Positions 9,567 through 17,139 of a stretch of 64,000 bases of DNA are shown piece after piece. Under the pieces are notes generated by a model, which did not search any database, was not told the origin of the DNA, and saw nothing but the letters and a program-made list of their open reading frames with translations. The number at the start of each line of letters is the position of its first letter. The first letter of the stretch is position 1. This DNA comes from a virus (Duplodnaviria > Heunggongvirae > Uroviricota > Caudoviricetes). The stretch lies in the IMG/VR virus record IMGVR_UViG_3300045988_007243; one strand, 5' to 3'. The position numbers and the translations under genes were made by a program.

Positions 9567-9652
9567 TTTTAGAATCTCCAGTTTAGGATTTAGTGGTAAA
9601 GCTCTTTATCTGAGGCTTAAGTTATCAACTTTTAAGCCCCTTGTAAAGTACT
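9567..9652 (-). promoter_or_regulatory. Early promoter-leader cassette, family B (TTTACA-N17-TAACTT overlapping inverted repeat GGGGCTTA-N13-TAAGCC)
   Basis: Conserved about 70-nt element shared with cassettes at 10365-10450, 11622-11710 and 12005-12090. Confidence 0.55.
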
Positions 9653-9856
9653 TTATTTGTTATTTTTGACAACTTTTAAAACTGCAAGATAGCCTAAGCA
9701 ATAAGAATCACCGAAGAGAGTCCTACCCATGAAAGAATCCTCTTTGATATCCTTTGCAGTGACAGTTTTTTCTACGCCGTGGGAAAGGACTATATCACCA
9801 ACTTTGATATCTTTGATGTGTGTAGTTTCAATGGTTAAACCATTAATAATAGCCAT
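9653..9856 (-). CDS. Hypothetical early protein
   Basis: ORF with family A leader, 67 aa. Confidence 0.5.
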   Translation of the reverse strand: MAIINGLTIETTHIKDIKVGDIVLSHGVEKTVTAKDIKEDSFMGRTLFGDSYCLGYLAVLKVVKNNK

Positions 9857-9949
9857 TTTCAGAATCTCCAGTTTAGGACTTTATTTAGTGGGGAAGGTCA
9901 TTCCCTCCCCGTTGATGTGTAATTTAGACTATCTAAAAATCAGTGTCAA
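9857..9949 (-). promoter_or_regulatory. Early promoter-leader cassette, family A
   Basis: TTGACA-N17-TAAATT, GGGGAGGGAATGACCTTCCCC stem-loop, RBS GGAGAT. Confidence 0.6.
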
Positions 9950-9959
9950 CAAAAATTTT

Positions 9960-10364
9960 TTATAGTTCTGCATAAATTGCATCGCAGATATTACGGAAAT
10001 CGTGATTTGCCAAATTACGCTGCAACCAAGTGGCGAAAAAGTCAGCGATTGCAAAGTTAGCATCATACTCGACAGATAACCACACTTTAACAGCAAATCG
10101 GAACATTTTCAAATCTAACTCTTTATTCATTACCTTAGATTTGCCTAACATGTCGGCCATTTCATGTTGTGCACCGTCTAGCGTGATACCTGCTGCAACG
10201 TCAGTCAATGAGTTTTTTACGCTTTCAACGTCTAAGATAACACTTTGAATCTTCCCAATAATGTTTTGCAGTGTTTTATCTGGTGCTGATGACGTGATAA
10301 CATTAATCCGGTTAACGGTCAAACGTGCTTTTAAAATTGATAATTCACGGTTATTAATAGCCAT
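9960..10364 (-). CDS. Hypothetical early protein
   Basis: Start set at the ATG after RBS GGAGAA (MAINN...); track start 10379 is a TTG inside the conserved leader. Confidence 0.5.
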   Translation of the reverse strand: MAINNRELSILKARLTVNRINVITSSAPDKTLQNIIGKIQSVILDVESVKNSLTDVAAGITLDGAQHEMADMLGKSKVMNKELDLKMFRFAVKVWLSVEYDANFAIADFFATWLQRNLANHDFRNICDAIYAEL

Positions 10365-10450
10365 TTTTAAGTTCTCCAATTTAGGATTTAGTGGTAAAGC
10401 TCTTTATCTGGGGCTTACTTTATCGAACTATAAGCCCCTTGTAAAGTACT
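10365..10450 (-). promoter_or_regulatory. Early promoter-leader cassette, family B
   Basis: TTTACA-N17-TAAAGT with GGGGCTTATAGTTCGATAAAGTAAGCCCC inverted repeat spanning spacer and -10. Confidence 0.55.
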
Positions 10451-10723
10451 TTACATTAAATGCAGTTTTTTGCCTTTTACTATAATGTAACTCGATGCGC
10501 TATTGCTTTGCACATCTTGATAAATTCTGCGTAAACGTCCTTCGTAGTATACTTTCCAACTGGTTGGAATCTTTTTCCCGTATCCTGTAGCAGTTTTTTG
10601 GAGTCCTGCAACTTGCCAATTTAAGATGTGTTGCTCAGCTTGTAAATCATCAAAGTGCATCACACCATTCACATAGTGACGCAGGGTTACGTTTAAAGTG
10701 CGACCGTTGTTAGTAGTATACAT
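10451..10723 (-). CDS. Hypothetical early protein
   Basis: ORF, 90 aa, preceded by RBS-only leader (co-transcribed with the upstream small ORF). Confidence 0.5.
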   Translation of the reverse strand: MYTTNNGRTLNVTLRHYVNGVMHFDDLQAEQHILNWQVAGLQKTATGYGKKIPTSWKVYYEGRLRRIYQDVQSNSASSYIIVKGKKLHLM

Positions 10724-10749
10724 TTTCAGAATCTCCTAGTTTAAGGATT

Positions 10750-10908
10750 TTATTTTGACAGTTCACTAATTAAGACATCAAAGATTATATCATTATCTGC
10801 TACAGTTGCAACACCAGTGATATAATCAATTTCTAAGATAACAACAACTTTCGTACATAAACCGTCATCTATATCATTCCAGACAACTTTATCACCTGCA
10901 CAAAACAT
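10750..10908 (-). CDS. Small hypothetical early protein (52 aa, below the track cutoff)
   Basis: ATG directly after a family A leader and RBS; translation MFCAGDKVVWNDIDDGLCTKVV... read from the sequence. Confidence 0.4.
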   Translation of the reverse strand: MFCAGDKVVWNDIDDGLCTKVVVILEIDYITGVATVADNDIIFDVLISELSK

Positions 10909-11002
10909 TTTTGAATCTCCTAGTTTAAGGACTTTATTTAGTGGGGAAGGTCATTCCCTCCCCGTTGATGTGTAATTTAATCTATCTAAAAACCAGTGTC
11001 AA
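10909..11002 (-). promoter_or_regulatory. Early promoter-leader cassette, family A
   Basis: TTGACA-N17-TAAATT, GGGGAGGGAATGACCTTCCCC stem-loop, RBS. Confidence 0.6.
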
Positions 11003-11331
11003 CAGTTTTGTTTTCGTTTGCTCAATTCTTGAACAATTACAGCGTAGTAGTCTTTTAAGTCACTGACATTTAAAGCATTTATCAGAGAATTATAATCATC
11101 AACTAACTGAAAATTATCTTTGAAGATGTCACTTATCTGATAGGTTTTCGCTTTATATCTGAAGCTCATCTCTAGCCGCTTTATTTGCTCATCACTGAGG
11201 CGCCCTAGAAAGCTTTCTACAAGGTTATTACTAACCTGCTGCGTAATTGCCTTACTTGCTAGATTATAGGCTTTATATGCCTTATATAGCGCGAAAATGG
11301 CAATGATTGCAGTGATACCAGTCATTAACAT
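10999..11331 (-). CDS. Hypothetical membrane protein
   Basis: ORF, 110 aa with N-terminal hydrophobic helix ITAIIAIFALY. Confidence 0.5.
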   Translation of the reverse strand: MLMTGITAIIAIFALYKAYKAYNLASKAITQQVSNNLVESFLGRLSDEQIKRLEMSFRYKAKTYQISDIFKDNFQLVDDYNSLINALNVSDLKDYYAVIVQELSKRKQNC

Positions 11332-11621
11332 GGTGTTTCCTCTTTACGTGATACTTTGCCATTTACAGTTATCTCATAGGATTCTAATAAATCGCTTTTA
11401 GACTTTACAGGACTTTTAAAAGTATTATCGTATATATTAACTTGTAATACAGGTTTTTTATACTCCCTGCAACTGTTCCATAAGCAAATCACTACACGAC
11501 GACCTTTTATTTTGCCGTGTAACCATTCCATAACATCATGCCTATTCCTTGATGTCTCGATAAAATCAATTTTGTTGAGTAATTTGCTCAAATTTTCACG
11601 CACTTGATTTGATAATTTCAT
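11325..11621 (-). CDS. Hypothetical early protein
   Basis: ORF with conserved leader, 98 aa. Confidence 0.5.
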   Translation of the reverse strand: MKLSNQVRENLSKLLNKIDFIETSRNRHDVMEWLHGKIKGRRVVICLWNSCREYKKPVLQVNIYDNTFKSPVKSKSDLLESYEITVNGKVSRKEETPC

Positions 11622-11710
11622 TTTAGAATCTCCTAGTTTAAGGTCTTTATTTGATAAAGCTCTTTATCTGGGGCTTAAGGTATCAGCTTTTAAGCCCCCT
11701 GTAAAGTACT
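11622..11710 (-). promoter_or_regulatory. Early promoter-leader cassette, family B
   Basis: Same conserved element as 9567-9652. Confidence 0.55.
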
Positions 11711-12004
11711 TTATTTGTTAATTTTCAGCTTTGCATAACTTCTCATTGTACGAATGGGGGATGTTAATGCTACGCGTCTAATGTATGCCTTTTTCGTGTA
11801 TACATTTGTCTTCCCGATAGTGTTTACACATGTAAAAAGGTTTATCGGTGAATTTTTTAACTTCAACTGTTTATCAACCTTCACGCCCCACCTTACAGCA
11901 GATTGTTTTCCGTTGTCAACCACTTTCCCGCATAACTTTTTAGCCATAACGCGAGCGTCATCACGAGTCTTTGCAGTAATTACAACGTTTTTGATAATAG
12001 CCAT
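11711..12004 (-). CDS. Hypothetical early protein
   Basis: Start set at the ATG after RBS GGAGAA (MAIIKN...); track start 12019 is in the leader. Confidence 0.5.
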   Translation of the reverse strand: MAIIKNVVITAKTRDDARVMAKKLCGKVVDNGKQSAVRWGVKVDKQLKLKNSPINLFTCVNTIGKTNVYTKKAYIRRVALTSPIRTMRSYAKLKINK

Positions 12005-12090
12005 TTTTAAGTTCTCCAATTTAGGATTGAGTGGTAAAGCTCTTTATCTGGGGCTTACTTTATCGAACTATAAGCCCCTTGTAAAGTACT
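12005..12090 (-). promoter_or_regulatory. Early promoter-leader cassette, family B
   Basis: TTTACA-N17-TAAAGT with GGGGCTTA-N13-TAAGCCCC inverted repeat, immediately after the stop of the upstream gene. Confidence 0.55.
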
Positions 12091-12474
12091 TTATTTGTTA
12101 ATTTTGAAGATAGTTACATAACCATCGCTGCCGATGATTTGTGATGCTCCAGCTTTTTCTACTTGATAGCCCATATTTTCAAGATGGTAAACAGCATCAT
12201 CATAACCATATGCACCGCCCTGATAACGTCTCTTATCACATCTTACTAATACCTTTCCACGTCCTGCCAGTGCATTTAGTACGGCTTTTTCACTTGAAAG
12301 TGTACCATCTAACATGGTTGCCGTGTAATGGTTGATTCTATTCCCGTTTACATCATACTTAAAATTGAATGCGTGAACAACGATAATGTTACCTTTAAAA
12401 TTTTCATCAAGTGACTTCTCCAGTGCGTTGCGAAAGTTGTCTTTGTTGATGAATTTAGGTGCACGATATGCCAT
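12091..12474 (-). CDS. Hypothetical early protein
   Basis: Start set at ATG (MAYRAPKF...) after RBS AGGAGATTCAAAA; track start 12540 lies in the leader. Confidence 0.5.
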   Translation of the reverse strand: MAYRAPKFINKDNFRNALEKSLDENFKGNIIVVHAFNFKYDVNGNRINHYTATMLDGTLSSEKAVLNALAGRGKVLVRCDKRRYQGGAYGYDDAVYHLENMGYQVEKAGASQIIGSDGYVTIFKINK

Positions 12475-12540
12475 TTTTGAATCTCCTAGTTTAAGGTTGT
12501 TGAGCTTGTCGCCCCGTCTGATGCAAATATTAGATAACAC
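12475..12540 (-). promoter_or_regulatory. Promoter (TTGACT-N17-TAATAT) and leader of the first array gene
   Basis: Sigma70-like hexamers read on the minus strand about 35-60 nt upstream of the ATG. Confidence 0.5.
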
Positions 12541-12983
12541 AGTTCAAAGAGTCAAGAAAATTTTTAAAAATATTTTTTGCAAAATTGTAATGAAACGGGT
12601 GCGCGCGACTACCACAAAACAGAACTACAATCAAGAATTATTTTTCAATCCGCTACAAATTTTTCTGTTGACTTTTATTTTCAGATGTGGTAGCCTTGTG
12701 AGAAATGGCGACAGTCCCACCTACCCCCACCTACCTGCACAATTCTAAAATGATTTTTCTTGCCCGACCTGATTTTTCTCTGCACGTTTTGAAAATGAAA
12801 AAACCCTTTGGAGATTACCTGCACAGTTTGAAAATGAATTTTCTCTTTGGAGTTCAAAATTTTCTCTATAGATTCCTCTACAGAACTCTACCTGCACAAA
12901 TCTGAAATGAAAAAGCCCTCCTTACCTGAAAAATTTACCAGATAAGAAAGGCTTAGTCTATTGTGAATATACTACGAAGTTTC
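12541..12983. repeat. Intergenic region with four copies of an about 30-bp motif (minus sense TTTTCATTTTCAAA-N-TGTGCAGGTA) and a GGTAGGTGGG direct repeat
   Basis: ACCTGCACA occurs 3 times plus one variant on the plus strand at 45-70 bp spacing; no ORF. Confidence 0.5.
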
Positions 12984-13769
12984 TTAGTTCTTTGCGTCTA
13001 AGAAGGTAAGTTCTGGTGAAGAGAAGATTAACTCAATATCCTCATCAGTTCTTGCATAGATATAAGCATCTGCATCACTGCCAAATGTTACTGCAATTCT
13101 GTGATTGCTCTTCGACAGGTGGGTAACTAGAGCGTTACTCAGAGACATCTTCTCAACCGGAGGGTTACTTTGATGTATCTTACCTTTTCTTCGTCTGAAG
13201 AGGGTAACTGCATCATTAGTGAACACTACTACACCTGCAAAGTATTCTGGTTCACAGTAGTTCTTCCAACCTGAGAGTAACTTGTGGTACATCTCTCCTT
13301 CATAGACATATAGATAAACATCTACACTCTTCATCACCTGATTGATGATAACTGTGACGGCTTGAGGGTCAAGTCCACCGATACCTGCACCAATCATAGG
13401 TAAACCAACTTTCTTCAACTGGTTAACTTCACAGTATCTGTTAAGCTGTTTCAAAGATGACTCTAAAGCACTGTATCGGGCATCTTTACCAGTATGAAGT
13501 TGGGTGTAAAGGTTAGCTATACGGCCTTGTTTTAAACGTGCTACAGAGAAATTACCTAGTAAATTTTCACAGGGTTTGTGACGAATGCCACCTGCAAACA
13601 GGTAAACTTCTGTGTCAGTATCATACACTTTTGGATAACGCTTAGAAATAGTTGCTGCAATACCTGCACCCATGAAATTCATACAGTTGCAACCATGACC
13701 AATGATATCAAATTTGCCTTTATCAAATGCGTCAAAGATATCACCTTTGATGATTTTTACAATACCCAT
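12984..13769 (-). CDS. Macro domain protein (TARG1/DarG-like ADP-ribose-processing domain) with extra C-terminal domain
   Basis: GDIFD...DIIGHGCNCMNFMGAGIA...VGLPMIGAGIGGLD matches the TARG1-type macro domain pattern (GDLF...CISEDCRMGAGIA...PRIGCGLDRL). Confidence 0.55.
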   Translation of the reverse strand: MGIVKIIKGDIFDAFDKGKFDIIGHGCNCMNFMGAGIAATISKRYPKVYDTDTEVYLFAGGIRHKPCENLLGNFSVARLKQGRIANLYTQLHTGKDARYSALESSLKQLNRYCEVNQLKKVGLPMIGAGIGGLDPQAVTVIINQVMKSVDVYLYVYEGEMYHKLLSGWKNYCEPEYFAGVVVFTNDAVTLFRRRKGKIHQSNPPVEKMSLSNALVTHLSKSNHRIAVTFGSDADAYIYARTDEDIELIFSSPELTFLDAKN

Positions 13770-13970
13770 TTAACATCTCTCCCAAGATTCTTTATCTTCT
13801 GAAGGTTTTACACGTTGCCCTTCGTGGTCTACCCAGATACACCCACAACCTTCACAGATTACTGGCATTGCATAACCAGCTTTAAAGTCATCTTCAGTGA
13901 TAAGACCTTTTAAGTCACCTGTATCACGTCCGAACATTTCGATAGAACAGTCTTTACAGAAGTCAGCCAT
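13770..13970 (-). CDS. Small Cys-rich hypothetical protein (possible zinc ribbon)
   Basis: CKDC...CEGCGC motifs, 66 aa. Confidence 0.4.
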   Translation of the reverse strand: MADFCKDCSIEMFGRDTGDLKGLITEDDFKAGYAMPVICEGCGCIWVDHEGQRVKPSEDKESWERC

Positions 13971-13982
13971 ATAATATATACC

Positions 13983-14210
13983 TTATAGTTCAGTTTCTCG
14001 TAATTCTTTACCTTCATCATAGAAGCATTTATAGAATGTGTCTATAGAGATTCTGGCAAAGGTGAGGTCTTCAAAGTATTCCTCTGGAGTTGTCCCTGTA
14101 AAACTAAAACTGTCGAGGCTGTAAAATGGTATCACTGTGTCGTGACTCACGAAAACACATGCTGACGTGACTTCTCCAGTATCTTTGTCAATTACCTCTA
14201 GAGCTTTCAT
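13983..14210 (-). CDS. Hypothetical protein
   Basis: ORF, 75 aa. Confidence 0.4.
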   Translation of the reverse strand: MKALEVIDKDTGEVTSACVFVSHDTVIPFYSLDSFSFTGTTPEEYFEDLTFARISIDTFYKCFYDEGKELRETEL

Positions 14211-14511
14211 AGCTTACCTTTTCGGTTAGTTCATATAAATCAACATGCTCAATACTGTCGATGTTGATATCAATCTTTTTGAAACGTTCTATCACTTCGT
14301 TGTCAGTCATCCATATCAGACACCAATGATTCTGGATGGATTCTTCAAGAAGGTCAACACAATCTTTAAAAGTTTTTGTATCACTTCTTGTTCCTACCAC
14401 TGCGATTGTTCCATATAACCACTTACCGTTGCCATAGGTCACTTGTGCTACACCAACCTCTTTATCTTTCTCATAGTAAACGGCTACAAAATCTCTTCCA
14501 TTAATCTGCAT
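14188..14511 (-). CDS. Hypothetical protein
   Basis: ORF, 107 aa. Confidence 0.45.
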   Translation of the reverse strand: MQINGRDFVAVYYEKDKEVGVAQVTYGNGKWLYGTIAVVGTRSDTKTFKDCVDLLEESIQNHWCLIWMTDNEVIERFKKIDINIDSIEHVDLYELTEKVSYESSRGN

Positions 14512-14513
14512 AG

Positions 14514-14783
14514 TTACTTCCTCGTTTTAAGAACTGCTAAGATTTCTTTAGAGTCTGGTAAGAACCATGTGTAGTGATTCTCTTTGATTTCTGGATGAGT
14601 GTCAACCTTTATTTTGCACTCTTTACCAACATGCTTAAGTTGTGCTGTGACACCTTGCATAAAGATATGGCACATCACATTATCCATAATGGTTGGTGAG
14701 AAATCAACCCGCATATAAGTTTCTTTTGGTCGTGGTAGCAGTAAGTACCCTTCTACATAGAAAGTATCTTCGTTCTCTGTCAT
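14514..14783 (-). CDS. Hypothetical protein
   Basis: ORF, 89 aa. Confidence 0.45.
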   Translation of the reverse strand: MTENEDTFYVEGYLLLPRPKETYMRVDFSPTIMDNVMCHIFMQGVTAQLKHVGKECKIKVDTHPEIKENHYTWFLPDSKEILAVLKTRK

Positions 14784-15049
14784 TGCTGCTTATTCCCTAA
14801 TAAAATCATGTCAATAAGGTTATTAGCTTTGATTGTACACTGGTAAAATCCGTCACGGTAGAACTCAAGTGCTGCTGCTACATCACTACCTGTGTTGCCT
14901 TTGATAATATACCGTGATTCTTCTTGTGTGTACTTATCACTCTCACTTACTTGGGAGTTTTTGAATGTACTGCTCACTTTGTTCGTTGAACACCCTGACA
15001 TAGTTATCAGTAACACAAACATTATAAAACTCTGGCTTAGTTTTTTCAT
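14780..15049 (-). CDS. Outer-membrane lipoprotein, o-spanin candidate (Rz1-like)
   Basis: Signal peptide with lipobox-like LITMSGC; start lies inside the 3' end of the upstream membrane protein gene in another frame (overlapped architecture). Confidence 0.45.
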   Translation of the reverse strand: MKKLSQSFIMFVLLITMSGCSTNKVSSTFKNSQVSESDKYTQEESRYIIKGNTGSDVAAALEFYRDGFYQCTIKANNLIDMILLGNKQQ

Positions 15050-15290
15050 ATGTTAGTACCTCTTTTGTATGCTTATTCTTAGCAAGCACATCTTTCAAAT
15101 CATTTTTGTAATTGGTGCTGAGTGTGGCTAAACCTTCCTGATAAGCATCTTTAGCAACACTTATTAGTTTCTCATTATTTAGCTCAGTTTCAGCAACTTG
15201 ATAGTCTCTGTAAGAGTATCCTCCCCAGACACCTGCACCAACTAAGAAAACAATTATGAAAGTAGCTTGACAGAACTCTTTAAATGTCAT
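14943..15290 (-). CDS. Type II inner-membrane protein, i-spanin candidate (Rz-like)
   Basis: N-terminal TM helix FIIVFLVGAGVWGGY followed by a helical, charged periplasmic domain; overlaps the lipoprotein gene. Confidence 0.45.
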   Translation of the reverse strand: MTFKEFCQATFIIVFLVGAGVWGGYSYRDYQVAETELNNEKLISVAKDAYQEGLATLSTNYKNDLKDVLAKNKHTKEVLTYEKTKPEFYNVCVTDNYVRVFNEQSEQYIQKLPSK

Positions 15291-15308
15291 TTAACAATCT
15301 CCTAAAAT

Positions 15309-15331
15309 GAAAAAGGCTCCCGAAGGAGCCT
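15309..15331 (-). terminator. Rho-independent terminator
   Basis: AGGCTCCTTCGGGAGCCT hairpin plus U-run on the minus strand, followed by RBS GGAGAT of 14943..15290. Confidence 0.6.
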
Positions 15332-15342
15332 GTATCTTAACC

Positions 15343-15807
15343 TTAACCGAGGACTTTAGCAAGGATATTCGCAGCCATCGAAGAAGCTTTTGCAGCAGCA
15401 GCTACCCCAGCTTTGATAGCGTTATCCTTGATAGCAGATACCGTTGCAGCATCAGTAAAGAGATAAGTAGTTGTTTTAGAACCACTTGTAAAGGAAAGCA
15501 TAAGAGCAGTTTCCAGATTGAAAGAGCGATACGGAGCACCTTCTTTAACGATACCTTCAGCACCTAATTCTGAGGCCATCCCCATATCATAGATAGTCAT
15601 CAGGTTTTCTTTGTGTGCAGTCGTTGAACCAGAACCTTTGACGTGTTTCTTAACATTCAAAAGAGCACGATACTCTCGGATGTTGCCGTCTGCTTTTACA
15701 TTGACAGCACGGAAGATTTTACCCTCAAAGTTGTTCTTGATAATGTTACGAACTACTTCAGATTTGTTTGCCGTAACGTCCAGTGCTACCGTAATGATAT
15801 TGTTCAT
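15343..15807 (-). CDS. Hypothetical protein with Ala-rich C-terminus
   Basis: ORF, 154 aa. Confidence 0.5.
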   Translation of the reverse strand: MNNIITVALDVTANKSEVVRNIIKNNFEGKIFRAVNVKADGNIREYRALLNVKKHVKGSGSTTAHKENLMTIYDMGMASELGAEGIVKEGAPYRSFNLETALMLSFTSGSKTTTYLFTDAATVSAIKDNAIKAGVAAAAKASSMAANILAKVLG

Positions 15808-15931
15808 AAGTTTTCTCTCAATGTTTAACTAACATGGTTTTGATGTGTGGAAGGATTCTGTTCACCTTCTGCACATTCTTCTCTGTATCTTCTATAAAAC
15901 ATACTATATTAAAGTAAGGAAGAATGCAAGA

Positions 15932-16513
15932 CTAAATCATCCTCACTTTCAAACTTTCTGCACTTATAGAGTTAGTTCCAAAACCACGCATAAAAAGCAA
16001 GTAATCATGCTCTATATTGTGCCTTAAAAACATCTCAGTAGGTATTCTCTGAGATTCACCTCTCGCTGTCAAGAGTCCAATTGCAGCATGGTTAGCAATT
16101 GCATCAATAATATTGAAAACATACGTTGGTTTTGCTCTTACAGAGTCAAGCAAATTAGTGTACTGTGAAAATGACCCATCAATCAATTCTGTTGAGCAAT
16201 CTTCGTGATTAAAATTTGTAAGAACACCATCAATATCTGCTAAGATGAGGTTACCTTTTTCTACAAGGTCTTTATTGACTATGACTAAGCTGTCACGCCT
16301 TACACCTATAGTTTGTCCAGTCTCTTTATCTACAACATTCACAATTGTCTCTGATGTGTGGAACTCTTCGAGTGAACATACAACTTCTCTTGCGGTGTCT
16401 TCAAAATCCCTACACTGTTCTGGAGTCCATACACAGGAATCAAGACCTAACTCATGAGGGTGCAAGTCGTAAGCATGGCACAGTACTTCATCAGACTTTC
16501 TTAATTTTTTCAT
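15932..16513 (-). CDS. HAD-superfamily phosphatase candidate (nucleotidase-like)
   Basis: LILADIDGVLTNF matches HAD motif I (DxDGT/V); GLLTARGE resembles motif II. Confidence 0.45.
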   Translation of the reverse strand: MKKLRKSDEVLCHAYDLHPHELGLDSCVWTPEQCRDFEDTAREVVCSLEEFHTSETIVNVVDKETGQTIGVRRDSLVIVNKDLVEKGNLILADIDGVLTNFNHEDCSTELIDGSFSQYTNLLDSVRAKPTYVFNIIDAIANHAAIGLLTARGESQRIPTEMFLRHNIEHDYLLFMRGFGTNSISAESLKVRMI

Positions 16514-17039
16514 GGTTTACCTTAGAAATGTTTGTTGCAAATTCACATTGAGCAATCACTTTCATATTGTTATAGACATCTTGAGAATATTTCTTAGCTT
16601 TAGGAATTTTGTATGAATACCCAGCATTATAAGATGCTAAAACTTTTTGTAAAGTCTTCTTTGACTTTGGTTGACCATGTACCTTCGTCCAAAACTCAAG
16701 CTCTTTGTGAGTTTCCTTAGCAGCATAATCAAAGTCTTTTAAGAGTTTCTTTTTAGCCACATTAGGACTAATTTTGTTACGCTTTACAACAGTCTTCAAG
16801 TGATTCTGGAAAATACCATAGTCATGGGTCTTTTTATTCTCTACCTTCAGACCTAACTCTGACTCTTGTAAGGCTATAGCAGCTAGAGTGATACCCCAAC
16901 CTTTACCCATATTATTCTCACCATACTGGTAAGCTTTTAACATGTTTACTTTTTGGCTAATTGATAGCTCTGGGCAGTCAACTGCATAAGATAAGTGTGC
17001 TGTAAACATTAAGCACAAACCTAGAATCAATTTCTTCAT
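16491..17039 (-). CDS. Secreted lytic transglycosylase (SLT domain) with signal peptide
   Basis: N-terminal signal peptide MKKLILGLCLMFTAHLSYA; SLT motifs QESELG, YGIFQ, SYNAG. Confidence 0.55.
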   Translation of the reverse strand: MKKLILGLCLMFTAHLSYAVDCPELSISQKVNMLKAYQYGENNMGKGWGITLAAIALQESELGLKVENKKTHDYGIFQNHLKTVVKRNKISPNVAKKKLLKDFDYAAKETHKELEFWTKVHGQPKSKKTLQKVLASYNAGYSYKIPKAKKYSQDVYNNMKVIAQCEFATNISKVNHEKIKKV

Positions 17040-17100
17040 TGGTTCCCCTGTTTAGTTTATCGTGACATCAATTATACAGCACTCTGCACAAAATACAAAT

Positions 17101-17123
17101 AAAAAAGGCCGCCGAAGCAGCCT
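17101..17123 (-). terminator. Rho-independent terminator after rIIB
   Basis: GGCTGCTTCGGCGGCC hairpin plus U-run on the minus strand. Confidence 0.55.
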
Positions 17124-17139
17124 TTTAAGAAATTACTTA

